A stretch of DNA of 64,000 nucleotides from a candidate division WOR-3 bacterium (GTDB lineage Bacteria > Hydrothermota > Tepidihabitantia > Tepidihabitantales > Tepidihabitantaceae). Positions within the stretch are counted from its first letter, which is position 1. Every line of letters starts with the position of its first letter. The stretch covers positions 1 to 64,000 of the forward strand of contig CBFGJX010000004.1 of the NCBI GenBank assembly GCA_965649225.1, in the 5' to 3' direction. Under the pieces are notes generated by a model. The model made no database searches and was not told where the DNA came from. It worked only from the letters and a program-made list of their open reading frames with translations. Below, in pieces: positions 18,763 to 27,905 of this stretch. The position numbers were made by a program, and so were the translations under genes.

Positions 18763-19982
18763 GGCCGCAGGACCTCGGGCACGACAATCGAGCCGTCGGC
18801 CTGCTGGTAGTTTTCAATGATACTGATGAATACCCGGGGCAGCGCCAGCGCCGAGCCGTTGAGGGCATGAGGGTAAAAGGTTTTGCCATCAGCGGTGCGT
18901 ACCCGGATGTTGCCGCGCCGGGTCTGATAATCTTCGCAGTTTGAGATGGAGGAAACTTCCAGCCAGCGGCCGAGGCCGGCGGCCCACGCTTCCAGGTCAT
19001 AGGTCTTGGCTGACTGGAAGGCGATGTCCCAGGCGGCGAGTCGTTTGACGCGGTAGGGGATGCCCAGATCGCGCAGCAGGCTCTCCGCCTCGGCCCGCAT
19101 CTCTTCGAGGGCGGTGTAAGACTCCTCCGGGCGCACCAGCCGGACCAGCTCGACTTTGTTGAATTGATGGATTCGCACCATGCCGCGGACATCCCGGCCG
19201 TAAGAGCCGGCTTCGCGCCGGAAGCAGGGAGTCCAGGCGACATACTTCACCGGCAGCAGGCTTTCGTCGATGGTTTCGCCCCGGTAGTAACCAACCAGCA
19301 TTGGCTCGGCAGTCGGCGCCAGCCAGAGTTCGTCGTCCTGGCAGCGGTACATTTCGTCGCCGAGATGGGGAAGCTGGCCGGCGGCGGTGAGGGTGGCACT
19401 GTTGGCCAGCACCGGCGGAGCGATTTCGGTGTAGCCATGGCGGCCGGTGTTGGTGTCGAGAAAGTAGTTGATCAGGGCCCGTTCCAGGCGGGCGCCGGCG
19501 CCGCGCAGCAGTGTAAAGCGCGAACCGGCAAGGCGGGCAGCGACTTCAAGGTCAATGATGCCCAGTGCCGCTCCGAGGTCCCAGTGGGCGAGCGGGGGGA
19601 AACTGAAGGTTGGCGGTTCACCCCACTGGGCGACGATTTCCTCCTCGGCGGTGACGCTGGTGTGGACGGTGTTCGGCAGCGCCGCGACCAGCTCGGCCTG
19701 GCGGGCTTCAGTTGCGGCCAGTTCACCGTCGAGTTTCTTGACCAGGTCCGACAGTTCCCGCGCCTGGCGGACTTCCTCGTCGCAGGGCCGGTTCTCCCGG
19801 CGGGCGCGGCCGACCGCTTCGGAGAGCTGACGCTGGCGAAAGCGGGCTTCGTCGCGTTCACGCACCAGCCGTTTGCGTTCAGCGTCAACCGCCAGAATTG
19901 CGTCGATGTCGGCGGGGCAGCGCCGCAGTGCCAGCAGCTGGCGGGCAGTGTCGGGTTGCTCCCGGATCAGCCTGATGTCCAT
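18732..19982 (-). CDS. serS: Serine--tRNA ligase
   Basis: N-terminal coiled coil, PTAE, FRREAGSYGRDVRG, HQFNKVEL, EVSSISNC, NGSALA. Confidence 0.97.
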   Translation of the reverse strand: MDIRLIREQPDTARQLLALRRCPADIDAILAVDAERKRLVRERDEARFRQRQLSEAVGRARRENRPCDEEVRQARELSDLVKKLDGELAATEARQAELVAALPNTVHTSVTAEEEIVAQWGEPPTFSFPPLAHWDLGAALGIIDLEVAARLAGSRFTLLRGAGARLERALINYFLDTNTGRHGYTEIAPPVLANSATLTAAGQLPHLGDEMYRCQDDELWLAPTAEPMLVGYYRGETIDESLLPVKYVAWTPCFRREAGSYGRDVRGMVRIHQFNKVELVRLVRPEESYTALEEMRAEAESLLRDLGIPYRVKRLAAWDIAFQSAKTYDLEAWAAGLGRWLEVSSISNCEDYQTRRGNIRVRTADGKTFYPHALNGSALALPRVFISIIENYQQADGSIVVPEVLRPYLGGLDRIA

Positions 19983-20001
19983 TGCCGGATTGTAGGCCGA
20001 A

Positions 20002-20598
20002 TCAGCCGCCGGTCAAACTGTCCGGACGCCGGCCGGCGGCCTTGACCAGCAGGTCGTATTCGATGTTGACCGGGTCGCCGGTACGGCGCAGATGGAGATT
20101 GGTTGCGGTCCAGGTATGAGGAATGATATTGACGGTGAACCCGTCCGGGTGAACCAGCGCAATCGTCAGACTGATACCGTCGAGGGCAATCGAGCCCCGC
20201 GGCACCAGCAGCGAACGGCCGGTCGGACTGGTGCGCACGGCGATGGTCCAATGGTCGGCAGTGCGGACAATGCGTCGGATGATGCCCACCGCGTCGACGT
20301 GGCCCTGAACAAAATGGCCGCCAAGCCGATCGCCGGCCCGCAGGGCGCGTTCGAGATTGACGATCGAACCGACCCGCCAGCGGCCGAGAGTGGTCACCTT
20401 GACGGTGGCGGCAACTGCCGCAGCGGTGAAAGAAGTCTTGTCGTGGTCAGTAACAGTCAGACAGATGCCGTTGACGGCAACGCTTTCGCCGGTCTGGAGT
20501 TCGGGTGCAAACGGTGCCTCAATCACCAGCACGCGGCCGCCGGCTCGGGTGGTCAGGCGCTTGATGCGGCCGAGGGCTTCAATCAGGCCGGTGAACAT
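20002..20598 (-). CDS. ribE: Riboflavin synthase alpha chain
   Basis: MFTGLIE, SVAVNGICLTV, VNLERAL, GGHFVQGHVD. Confidence 0.95.
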   Translation of the reverse strand: MFTGLIEALGRIKRLTTRAGGRVLVIEAPFAPELQTGESVAVNGICLTVTDHDKTSFTAAAVAATVKVTTLGRWRVGSIVNLERALRAGDRLGGHFVQGHVDAVGIIRRIVRTADHWTIAVRTSPTGRSLLVPRGSIALDGISLTIALVHPDGFTVNIIPHTWTATNLHLRRTGDPVNIEYDLLVKAAGRRPDSLTGG

Positions 20599-21661
20599 AG
20601 CCTTCAATCAGCGTGTCAGGGCCGAGACGGGTGACGGTGATTTTTTCCAGCCGGAGGGCCTGATCGAGCGGGCGGGGCCTGAGCGCACTGCCCAGCGAAC
20701 AACCGGAGCCGAGCAGCAGCGGGGCGATGAAGGTGCAGACTTTGTCGACGACACCGGCGTCGAGCGCGGTCGCGGCGGTGCGGGCGCCACCTTCGATCAG
20801 CAGCATGGTGATGCCGCGGCGGCGCAGTTCAGCCAGCAGCGCCGGCCAGCTGACGATGCCGTCCGGGCCGGCCGGCAGCACCACCACTTCGGCGCCGGCC
20901 GCGCGCAGGGCGCGGGCCCGGGCCGGCCGCTGGCGGCCGGTGACAATCAGCACCGGCCCGGCGGTCTTCAGCAGCCGGGCGGTCGGCGGGGTGGCGAGTT
21001 CGGCATCGAGTACGATGCGTAAAAGTCGCTTGCCGGGCAGAATCCGACAGGTCAGCCGCGGGTCATCGGCGCGTACCGTGCCGACACCGACCAGCACCGC
21101 ATCGGCGGCGCGGCGCAGCTGTTGCCCGTACGAGCGTGCACGCGGGCCGGTGATCCAGCGCGACTGACCGGTGGCATCGGCAATCATGCCGTCGAGTGTC
21201 TGGGCGGTCTTGAGGACAACCAGCGGCCGGTTGCGACGGTGGTAACAGAAGTAGGCTTCGTTCAGCCGTTCGGCCTCGGCCCGCAGCAGTCCGACCGTGA
21301 CGGCGATGCCTTGACGGCGCAGGCAGCGCAGGCCGGCGCCATTGACCGCCGGGTTCGGGTCGCGGACGGCGGCCACCACCCGGCGGATACCGGCCTGCAG
21401 CACCGCGTCGGTACAGGGCGGGGTCTTGGCACAGATGCAGCAGGGTTCGAGGGTGACATAAAGCGTGGCGCCGCGGGCAAGCGCACCGGCGTCGCGAATC
21501 GCCTCGACTTCGGCATGAGGGCCGCCAAAACGACGGTGCCAGCCACGACCGACGATGCGACCGGAACGCACCAGCACGGCACCGACCATCGGGTTGGGCG
21601 CCACCAGCCCGAGTCCCCGCGCCGCCAGCTCGAGCGCCTCGGCCATGTAGCGGGATTCCAC
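20579..21661 (-). CDS. ribD: Bifunctional riboflavin deaminase/reductase
   Basis: PNPMVGAV, HAEVEA, TLEPCC...TPPC, SRWITG, IEGG; GTG 21661 lies 7 nt after a -10 box. Confidence 0.95.
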   Translation of the reverse strand: MESRYMAEALELAARGLGLVAPNPMVGAVLVRSGRIVGRGWHRRFGGPHAEVEAIRDAGALARGATLYVTLEPCCICAKTPPCTDAVLQAGIRRVVAAVRDPNPAVNGAGLRCLRRQGIAVTVGLLRAEAERLNEAYFCYHRRNRPLVVLKTAQTLDGMIADATGQSRWITGPRARSYGQQLRRAADAVLVGVGTVRADDPRLTCRILPGKRLLRIVLDAELATPPTARLLKTAGPVLIVTGRQRPARARALRAAGAEVVVLPAGPDGIVSWPALLAELRRRGITMLLIEGGARTAATALDAGVVDKVCTFIAPLLLGSGCSLGSALRPRPLDQALRLEKITVTRLGPDTLIEGYVHRPD

Positions 21662-21705
21662 CGCGCCAATGCTAGATGGCCGGGCCATCGTGTCAAGCCG
21701 CCGGC

Positions 21706-21999
21706 TCAGTCGTAGGCGATGGTGAAGTTCCGGTAAGCGCCGGTCGGGGATGACCACTCGACTTCAACGGCGCTGACCGCCGCGCCACGCGGGCCGGTGT
21801 GGAGACGGCTGATGAGTTGTGTCAGTGCCGGTCTTTCGCCTTCGGCAGTTACCTCCACCCGGCCATCGGGCAGGTTGCGGACTTCGCCGGTGAGGCCGAG
21901 GGCAGTGGCCTCGCGCAGAACAAACATCCGAAAAAACACACCCTGCACCAGACCGGATACCAGCGCATGGATTGCGGCCTTGTCGCTGTCCTGTGACAT
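21706..21999 (-). CDS. acyP: Acylphosphatase
   Basis: VSGLVQGVFFR, GEVRNLPDGRVE, GPRGAAV. Confidence 0.92.
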   Translation of the reverse strand: MSQDSDKAAIHALVSGLVQGVFFRMFVLREATALGLTGEVRNLPDGRVEVTAEGERPALTQLISRLHTGPRGAAVSAVEVEWSSPTGAYRNFTIAYD

Positions 22000-22081
22000 C
22001 ACTCCAAAGATAGTAGCGGTGTCGGAGCTGTCAAAGCCGGCAGTCGTTTGACAGTCGGGCTCGTGCCGGTATCCTGTGCCG

Positions 22082-22678
22082 ATGAGAGTGCTGTTGCTGT
22101 TGGCATTCATTGTCGGCCTGGCGCCGGCAGTGACACCGCAGTGGGCGACACTGCGCAGTCGCTACCTGGGTTTGAAGACGTTGAGTGGTGATTTCGAACA
22201 GACCATCTGCAACGATTTTGACGGCAGTTGTCAGCGGTTTGCCGGCAGTTTCCGGATACAACTGCCCGGCCGTTACCGGCTGGAGGTGCGTTCGCCCAAA
22301 CGCCAGTTGATTGTCTGCGACAGCGCGACACTGTGGATTTATCTGCCCGACGAGAAACGGGCGCTGCGACAGGCGGCGATTGGTGCGTCACCGGTGCTGG
22401 CATTTCTCGATCCGGTGCTGGACCCGAATACCGATGCGCTGGTGCTGGTCGATTCGACCGGCCGGACACGCGTGCGGGTGCTGACCCCGGATTCGCTGTC
22501 GGCGCTGGCTGACCTGGAGCTGGAGCTTGATCCGGCCGGCCGGCGGATTGACGCCTTTTCGTTTACCGACGGCTGGGGCAACAAGACCCGGTTCGTTCTC
22601 AAGAATCAGCAGTGGAATCAGCGGCTGGCGCCGAAGCTGTTCGTCTTCACTCCACCCCGAGGCACGACGATTGAGTAG
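22082..22678 (+). CDS. lolA: Outer membrane lipoprotein carrier LolA family
   Basis: Signal peptide; LSGDFEQ, PGRYRLE, QLIVCD, LFVFTPP. Confidence 0.8.
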   Translation: MRVLLLLAFIVGLAPAVTPQWATLRSRYLGLKTLSGDFEQTICNDFDGSCQRFAGSFRIQLPGRYRLEVRSPKRQLIVCDSATLWIYLPDEKRALRQAAIGASPVLAFLDPVLDPNTDALVLVDSTGRTRVRVLTPDSLSALADLELELDPAGRRIDAFSFTDGWGNKTRFVLKNQQWNQRLAPKLFVFTPPRGTTIE

Positions 22679-23072
22679 GCCGCAGCAGTTCGAAGACCGG
22701 GGCACCTGTTTTGCCTGCGGCCGCGACAATCCCCACGGGCTGCAGCTGCCGATTCGGCCGGCAGCCGAGGGGGTCGAGCTGGAATGGTCGGTGCCCGACC
22801 GCTATACCGGCTGGCGCAATGTCGTCCACGGCGGGATTGTCGCGACGATTCTCGATGAGCTGATGGCATGGGCCTGTTCCAGCCGCGGCACCTACACGGT
22901 CACGGCCGAACTGGCGGTGCGGTTTCGCCACCCGCTGCCGGCGGCGACGCCTTTCCGCGGCTTTGGTTCGGTTACCGGCGAAAAGGGTCGGGTGCTGTTT
23001 GCCCAGAGCCGCATCACACTGCCGGACGGCACGCTCGTTGCCGAGGCGACCGGCAAGATGATGAAAGTCTGA
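22671..23072 (+). CDS. PaaI family hot-dog thioesterase
   Basis: CFACGRDNPHGL, VHGGIVATILDE; TTG start overlapping lolA stop. Confidence 0.88.
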   Translation: MSRPQQFEDRGTCFACGRDNPHGLQLPIRPAAEGVELEWSVPDRYTGWRNVVHGGIVATILDELMAWACSSRGTYTVTAELAVRFRHPLPAATPFRGFGSVTGEKGRVLFAQSRITLPDGTLVAEATGKMMKV

Positions 23073-23074
23073 CC

Positions 23075-24439
23075 GTGCCGACGGCCGCGGTCATTCTGCT
23101 CGGCTGTCCCAAAAACCAGTACGACACCGAATATGTTCTCGGCGCGCTGGTTCGCGCCGGTTTTGAGCTGGTTACCAGTCCCGCCCGGGCCGATGTCATT
23201 GTCATCACCACCTGCGCCTTTCTTCGTTCGGCAGTGCAGGAGGCGGAGACGGCGATCGCGACGGCGCTGAAAGTCAAGCGGCAGCGGCCGGAGGTGAAGA
23301 TTGCCGTCGCGGGGTGTCTGGTGCAGCGGTATGGTGCGGCACTGGTCGAGCGTTTTCCCGCGGTTGACCTGTGGGTCGGGGTGGATGGACTGGGCCGGAT
23401 TCCCCGGCTGCTCGGGCGACGCGGACTGTATTCGGCCGGTGAACCGCGGTCGCTTCTGCCGGCTGGCGGCAGCCGGGTGTTGTCAACCCCGCGTCACTAT
23501 GCCTGGTTGAAGATTGCCGATGGCTGTGACAACCGGTGTTCCTACTGTCTGATTCCGGGCCTGCGCGGCCGGCGGCGTTCCCGGTCGCTGCGTTCGATTG
23601 TCGCCGAAGCGCGCGGGCTGGTGCGACTGGGGGTGCGCGAGCTGGTGCTGGTGGCACAGGACACTGCGGCCTGGGGCCGTGACCTCGCCGGTGCGCCGGA
23701 TATTGCCCGGCTGCTGGCCCGGCTGGGGCGGCTGAGCGGTCTGGGCTGGCTGCGGTTGATGTATGCCCATCCGGCTCATGTCACCGATCGGCTGATTGCC
23801 GAGCTCGGCCACAACCCGAAACTGTGCCGCTATCTCGACCTGCCGGTTCAGCATTGCAGTGACCGGATACTGCGGGCGATGAACCGGCATCATCGTCGCG
23901 CCGATCTGGAACGGTTGCTGGAAAAGTTGCGCCGGGTGCCCGGCCTGCAGCTGCGGACAACGATTATCGTTGGTTTTCCGGGCGAGGGCGAGCGCGAGTT
24001 TCGCGAACTGACAGAGTTTGTCCGGACGGTGCAGTTCGAGCGGCTGTCGGTGTATGCTTTTTCGGCCGAGCCGGGTACGGCCGCCGCCGGCATGAAGGGT
24101 CAGGTGCCGGAACCGGTCAAGCGTGAGCGGGTACGGGAGCTGATGAAGCTGCAGGCGGCGGTTTCGCGCAACCACCGGCAACGACTGGTGGGAAAGGAAT
24201 TGCTGGTGCTGGTGGACCGGCCCGGCATCGCCCGTACCGAGTGGGATGCACCGGAAGTGGACGGGGTGGTGCGGCTGAAAGGCCGGCCGGTAGCGCCGGG
24301 ACGGTTTGTGCGCTGCCGGGTGACGGGCGCAACCACTCATGACCTTGTTGCCACCGTGCCGGCAGGCTCTCTCTTCCGGCGGGAAGCGGACGGCATGTGC
24401 GTTGACACCCGGGTCGTTGCCGATAGAATCGGCCCGTGA
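23075..24439 (+). CDS. rimO: Ribosomal protein S12 methylthiotransferase
   Basis: LGCPKN, TCAF, GCLVQRY, KIADGCDNRCSYCLIP, DAPEVDG TRAM domain. Confidence 0.93.
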   Translation: MPTAAVILLGCPKNQYDTEYVLGALVRAGFELVTSPARADVIVITTCAFLRSAVQEAETAIATALKVKRQRPEVKIAVAGCLVQRYGAALVERFPAVDLWVGVDGLGRIPRLLGRRGLYSAGEPRSLLPAGGSRVLSTPRHYAWLKIADGCDNRCSYCLIPGLRGRRRSRSLRSIVAEARGLVRLGVRELVLVAQDTAAWGRDLAGAPDIARLLARLGRLSGLGWLRLMYAHPAHVTDRLIAELGHNPKLCRYLDLPVQHCSDRILRAMNRHHRRADLERLLEKLRRVPGLQLRTTIIVGFPGEGEREFRELTEFVRTVQFERLSVYAFSAEPGTAAAGMKGQVPEPVKRERVRELMKLQAAVSRNHRQRLVGKELLVLVDRPGIARTEWDAPEVDGVVRLKGRPVAPGRFVRCRVTGATTHDLVATVPAGSLFRREADGMCVDTRVVADRIGP

Positions 24440-25065
24440 GCAGACAGGTGGTCGGTATCGGTGTGCTGGCTTCGGGCCGCGGCTCCAATTTCGCGGCACT
24501 GGCGCGGGCCGCGGCCGCACCGGATTCTGGTGGCAGCATCCGGCTGCTGGTGGTCAACGTGCCCGGTGCCGGGGCACTGGCGCTGGCCCGGGAGTTGAAT
24601 GTTCCGGCGAAGACAATCGACCACCGCGATTTCCGCTGCCGGGCTGACTTCGAACGGGCGGTTATTGCCGAGTTCGATGCCGCCGGGGTGGAGCTGGTCT
24701 GTCTGGCCGGTTTTATGCGCATACTGTCGCCGGTGTTTGTCCGCCACTATCCGAACCGGGTGATGAATATTCACCCGTCGCTGCTGCCGGCCTTTGCCGG
24801 ACTGCAGGGGCTGGCGGTGCATGCGGCGGTGCTTGAACACGGCTGCAAGGTGACCGGCTGCACCGTTCACTTTGTCAATGAGGCGGTTGACGCCGGTCCG
24901 ATAATCGTTCAGCGCGCGGTGCCGGTGGCCGAGGACGATACACCCGAGTCGCTGGCGGCGCGGGTACTGGTTGAAGAGCACCAGGCCTATGTTGAAGCGG
25001 TGCGGCTGTACTGCGCCGGAAGGCTGCAGGTGGTCGGCCGGATTGTCAGGGTCAAACCGCAATGA
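24436..25065 (+). CDS. purN: Phosphoribosylglycinamide formyltransferase
   Basis: LASGRGSN, LAGFMRIL, NIHPSLLPAF, GCTVHFV..VDAGPII. Confidence 0.96.
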   Translation: MSRQVVGIGVLASGRGSNFAALARAAAAPDSGGSIRLLVVNVPGAGALALARELNVPAKTIDHRDFRCRADFERAVIAEFDAAGVELVCLAGFMRILSPVFVRHYPNRVMNIHPSLLPAFAGLQGLAVHAAVLEHGCKVTGCTVHFVNEAVDAGPIIVQRAVPVAEDDTPESLAARVLVEEHQAYVEAVRLYCAGRLQVVGRIVRVKPQ

Positions 25066-26078
25066 GTGTTCGCAGAGTCAGGGTGGCACTGGTCGGCTGC
25101 GGCGCGCAGGCCCAGCTTGCCCATATTCCGGCGCTGCGGGCCAATCCGGGCGTGGAGCTGGCGGCACTCTGCGATACCGATGCCCGCAAGGTCAACCATC
25201 TCTGTTCGCTTTACAACGTGCCGCGCCGGGTGCTGGATTTCGACGATATCCGCGATGCCGAAGACATCGATGCCGTGGTCATCGCCACTCCCAATCACCT
25301 GCATGCGCCAATGGCCACCGCGGCACTGGGAGCGGGCAAGGATGTGCTCTGTGAGATGCCGCTGGGAATGAACTCGGCCGAGGTCGAGCGGATGATTGCG
25401 GTTGCCCGGGCCAACAAGCGGATTCTGACGCCGTGTCTGAACACCCGGCTGCGGCCCGATGTTCAGACAATCAAGCGGTTCATCGTCGGCGGCGAGCTGG
25501 GAGCGCTGTACTATGCCAAGACCGGCTGGCTGCAGGGACGCGAGTCGTGGTCGCTGGCCGGCTGGCGGGGCGAGCGGCTGCGGGCCGGCGGCGGCGCGTT
25601 TCTGAGCCTGGGCACGACACTGCTGGACGCGGCGCTGTTTCTGCTCGAGGCGCACCGGCCGGTTTCGGTTATCGGCGCCGCTCATCACCGCGCGCCTCGT
25701 GCCGAGGTTGAAGACACCGCGTTTGCAATGGTGCGGTTTGAACCCGATCTGCTGCTGACCGTCGAGGTCGGCTGGAGTCTGTTGATGGAGCACGACTTCA
25801 ACTATCTCAATCTGATGGGCAATTCGGGGGCGGCACTGCTCAATCCGATTCAGGTGCACAAGGAAATGCACGGGCATCTGGTGAATGTCACGCCGCAGAT
25901 TCCGGCCAAGGGTATTCAGCGTGCTTCGCACCGGATGCTGATTGACCTGTGGGTTGACTCGATGCAGAAGGGCCGGCCGGCGGCAGTCACCGCCGAGCAG
26001 GCACTGGCGATCAGTCGGCTTACCGATGCTTTCTACCGTTCGGTTCAGACCCGCGCCGAGGTGAAGCTCGATTCGTAA
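25062..26078 (+). CDS. Gfo/Idh/MocA family oxidoreductase
   Basis: VALVGCG, DAVVIATPNHLH, GKDVLCEMP. Confidence 0.9.
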   Translation: MSVRRVRVALVGCGAQAQLAHIPALRANPGVELAALCDTDARKVNHLCSLYNVPRRVLDFDDIRDAEDIDAVVIATPNHLHAPMATAALGAGKDVLCEMPLGMNSAEVERMIAVARANKRILTPCLNTRLRPDVQTIKRFIVGGELGALYYAKTGWLQGRESWSLAGWRGERLRAGGGAFLSLGTTLLDAALFLLEAHRPVSVIGAAHHRAPRAEVEDTAFAMVRFEPDLLLTVEVGWSLLMEHDFNYLNLMGNSGAALLNPIQVHKEMHGHLVNVTPQIPAKGIQRASHRMLIDLWVDSMQKGRPAAVTAEQALAISRLTDAFYRSVQTRAEVKLDS

Positions 26079-27555
26079 AATCCTTGTCCTGGCTGCGGCC
26101 GCGCTGGCGCTGGCCCTGGCTTTCGCTCCGTTCCCGTTGCGACCGCTGGCACTGGTCGGGCTGGTGCCTTTCCTGCGGATTCTGCTGGCGGCACCACCGC
26201 GCCGGGCGTTTCTGTGGGGCTGGCTGTTCGGCGGACTGGTGGCGGCCGGGCACCTGTGGTGGGTGTGGTTTCTGACCGTCCCGGTGGAGCCGGTGACAAG
26301 GCTGCTGCTCAATCTCGGGGTCGGGCTGATGTTTGTCTACCTCGGGCTGTACACCGGCCTGTTTGCCGTCGTGGTGCGACGGCTCGGCCTGTGGGCCGCG
26401 CCGCTGTGCTGGCCGCTTCTGGAGCTTGCGCTCAGCCGCACTCAGATTGCTTTCCCGTGGAATCTGCTCGGTGCCAGCATGACCCCGTGGCTGCCTTTTG
26501 CCGGGCTGGCGGCGCTGGGCGGAGTCTATCTGGTATCGGCCTGGGTCGTGCTCGTCAATGTGCTGGTGTACCGGCTGGTGTTCACGCCGCGACGCGCAAC
26601 GGCGGTGCTGGGGCTGGGGCTGGCGCTGGTGCTGCCGCTGGGCTACCACGCGCTGCGGGTTCGACCACTGGAGAAGTGGTTCACGGTTGCAATCGTCCAG
26701 CCCAACGTCTCGCCGCTGGACAAGGGCGACTGGGATTCGCGCGAGCGGATTCAGGCCGACCTCGTGCGGCTCAGCCGTACCGCCGCCAGCCGACGGCCCG
26801 ACCTGCTTGTCTTTCCGGAGACCGCGACGCTGGTTGACGTTACCCGTTCCAGCACCATCGGCCCGGTACTGCGCGAACTGGTGGACTCGCTTGACGTCGA
26901 ACTGTTCACCGGCACGCCGCTTTACGACGACTCGGCCCGCACCTGGCACAACGGTGCAGCACTCATCCGGCCGGGCGAATGGCCGCCGGTGCAGCGCTAC
27001 TACAAGATGTTTCTCGTCCCGTTTTCGGAGAAGATTCCTTACTCCGACGAACTGCCGTTTGTCCGCAAACTCATCGGCACATCGGACATGGGTGACTGGG
27101 CGCGGGGACATGACTGGACCGTGTTCCAGTGGCGCAAGGGGACGCTCTCCGGCCATATCTGCTTTGAAATCATTTTTCCCCAGCACGCGCGCCAGCTGGC
27201 CCGCCGCGGTTCGATGCTGCTGGTGAACGTCACCAACGACGGCTGGTTCGGCCGGCTGCCCGGTGCGCACCAGCATGCCGAACTCTCGGTGATGCGCGCG
27301 ATCGAAACCGGCCTGCCGCTGGTCAGGAGCGCCAACAACGGCATCTCGATGGTCGTCGACCCCTACGGCCGGGTGATTGCCCGCACGCGGCTGTTTGAAC
27401 AGACGGTGCTCGTCGCCGACGTGCCCGAACCAGGCGTGGTGCCGCCCTATCGCATCTGGGGTGACTGGCCGCTGCTGCTTGCCTGCCTGATACCGCTGGT
27501 CATCGTCGCGCGCCGCCGCTGGCGGGCAGGCCGGCGGTCAGCAGCCGGAAGCTGA
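26071..27555 (+). CDS. lnt: Apolipoprotein N-acyltransferase (probable ATT start)
   Basis: FPWNLLG, VQPN, VFPET, YYKMFLVPFSE, ICFE, NVTNDGWFG, RSANNGIS; first TM helix begins upstream of the ORF-track start. Confidence 0.92.
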   Translation: MRKILVLAAAALALALAFAPFPLRPLALVGLVPFLRILLAAPPRRAFLWGWLFGGLVAAGHLWWVWFLTVPVEPVTRLLLNLGVGLMFVYLGLYTGLFAVVVRRLGLWAAPLCWPLLELALSRTQIAFPWNLLGASMTPWLPFAGLAALGGVYLVSAWVVLVNVLVYRLVFTPRRATAVLGLGLALVLPLGYHALRVRPLEKWFTVAIVQPNVSPLDKGDWDSRERIQADLVRLSRTAASRRPDLLVFPETATLVDVTRSSTIGPVLRELVDSLDVELFTGTPLYDDSARTWHNGAALIRPGEWPPVQRYYKMFLVPFSEKIPYSDELPFVRKLIGTSDMGDWARGHDWTVFQWRKGTLSGHICFEIIFPQHARQLARRGSMLLVNVTNDGWFGRLPGAHQHAELSVMRAIETGLPLVRSANNGISMVVDPYGRVIARTRLFEQTVLVADVPEPGVVPPYRIWGDWPLLLACLIPLVIVARRRWRAGRRSAAGS

Positions 27556-27905
27556 CAGTCTGAAGTCCCGCGTGTCGTACTGACGCGGCGAGCGAAAGCG
27601 AGGCCGGCATGGCGATGCGGGCAGTTGTTGCGGCCGGACCCGGAAATGATTCAACCCACTGCGGTAATCTTTGGCCGGCGGCATTGCAGTCACCCGCTTC
27701 CGTTTGCTTCAGAAGTCGGAGAGTGCCGGGCCGGAAAGCCGCCGGGGGAACGAGGGGGGCATTTCGCGACACCGGCGGCCAAATGACCGCCGAGTCTGAA
27801 GATAGCCGCAGTGACGCGGGCCAGGTGGATTTAGCCTGAGATTATAAACCAGGCAGCAGGACGACGCAGTGTATCCCGGCTGCACCAGTGTCGCCGGCAG
27901 TGGGG

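Noticed and set aside
27579..27600. Hammerhead-like CTGACG...GAAA
   Set aside because: Core reads CTGACGC rather than CTGANGA, and the stems are not convincing
27860..27890. tmRNA/tRNA-like 3' end (GGCTGCACCA)
   Set aside because: No T-loop GGTTCRA and no matching 5' acceptor strand
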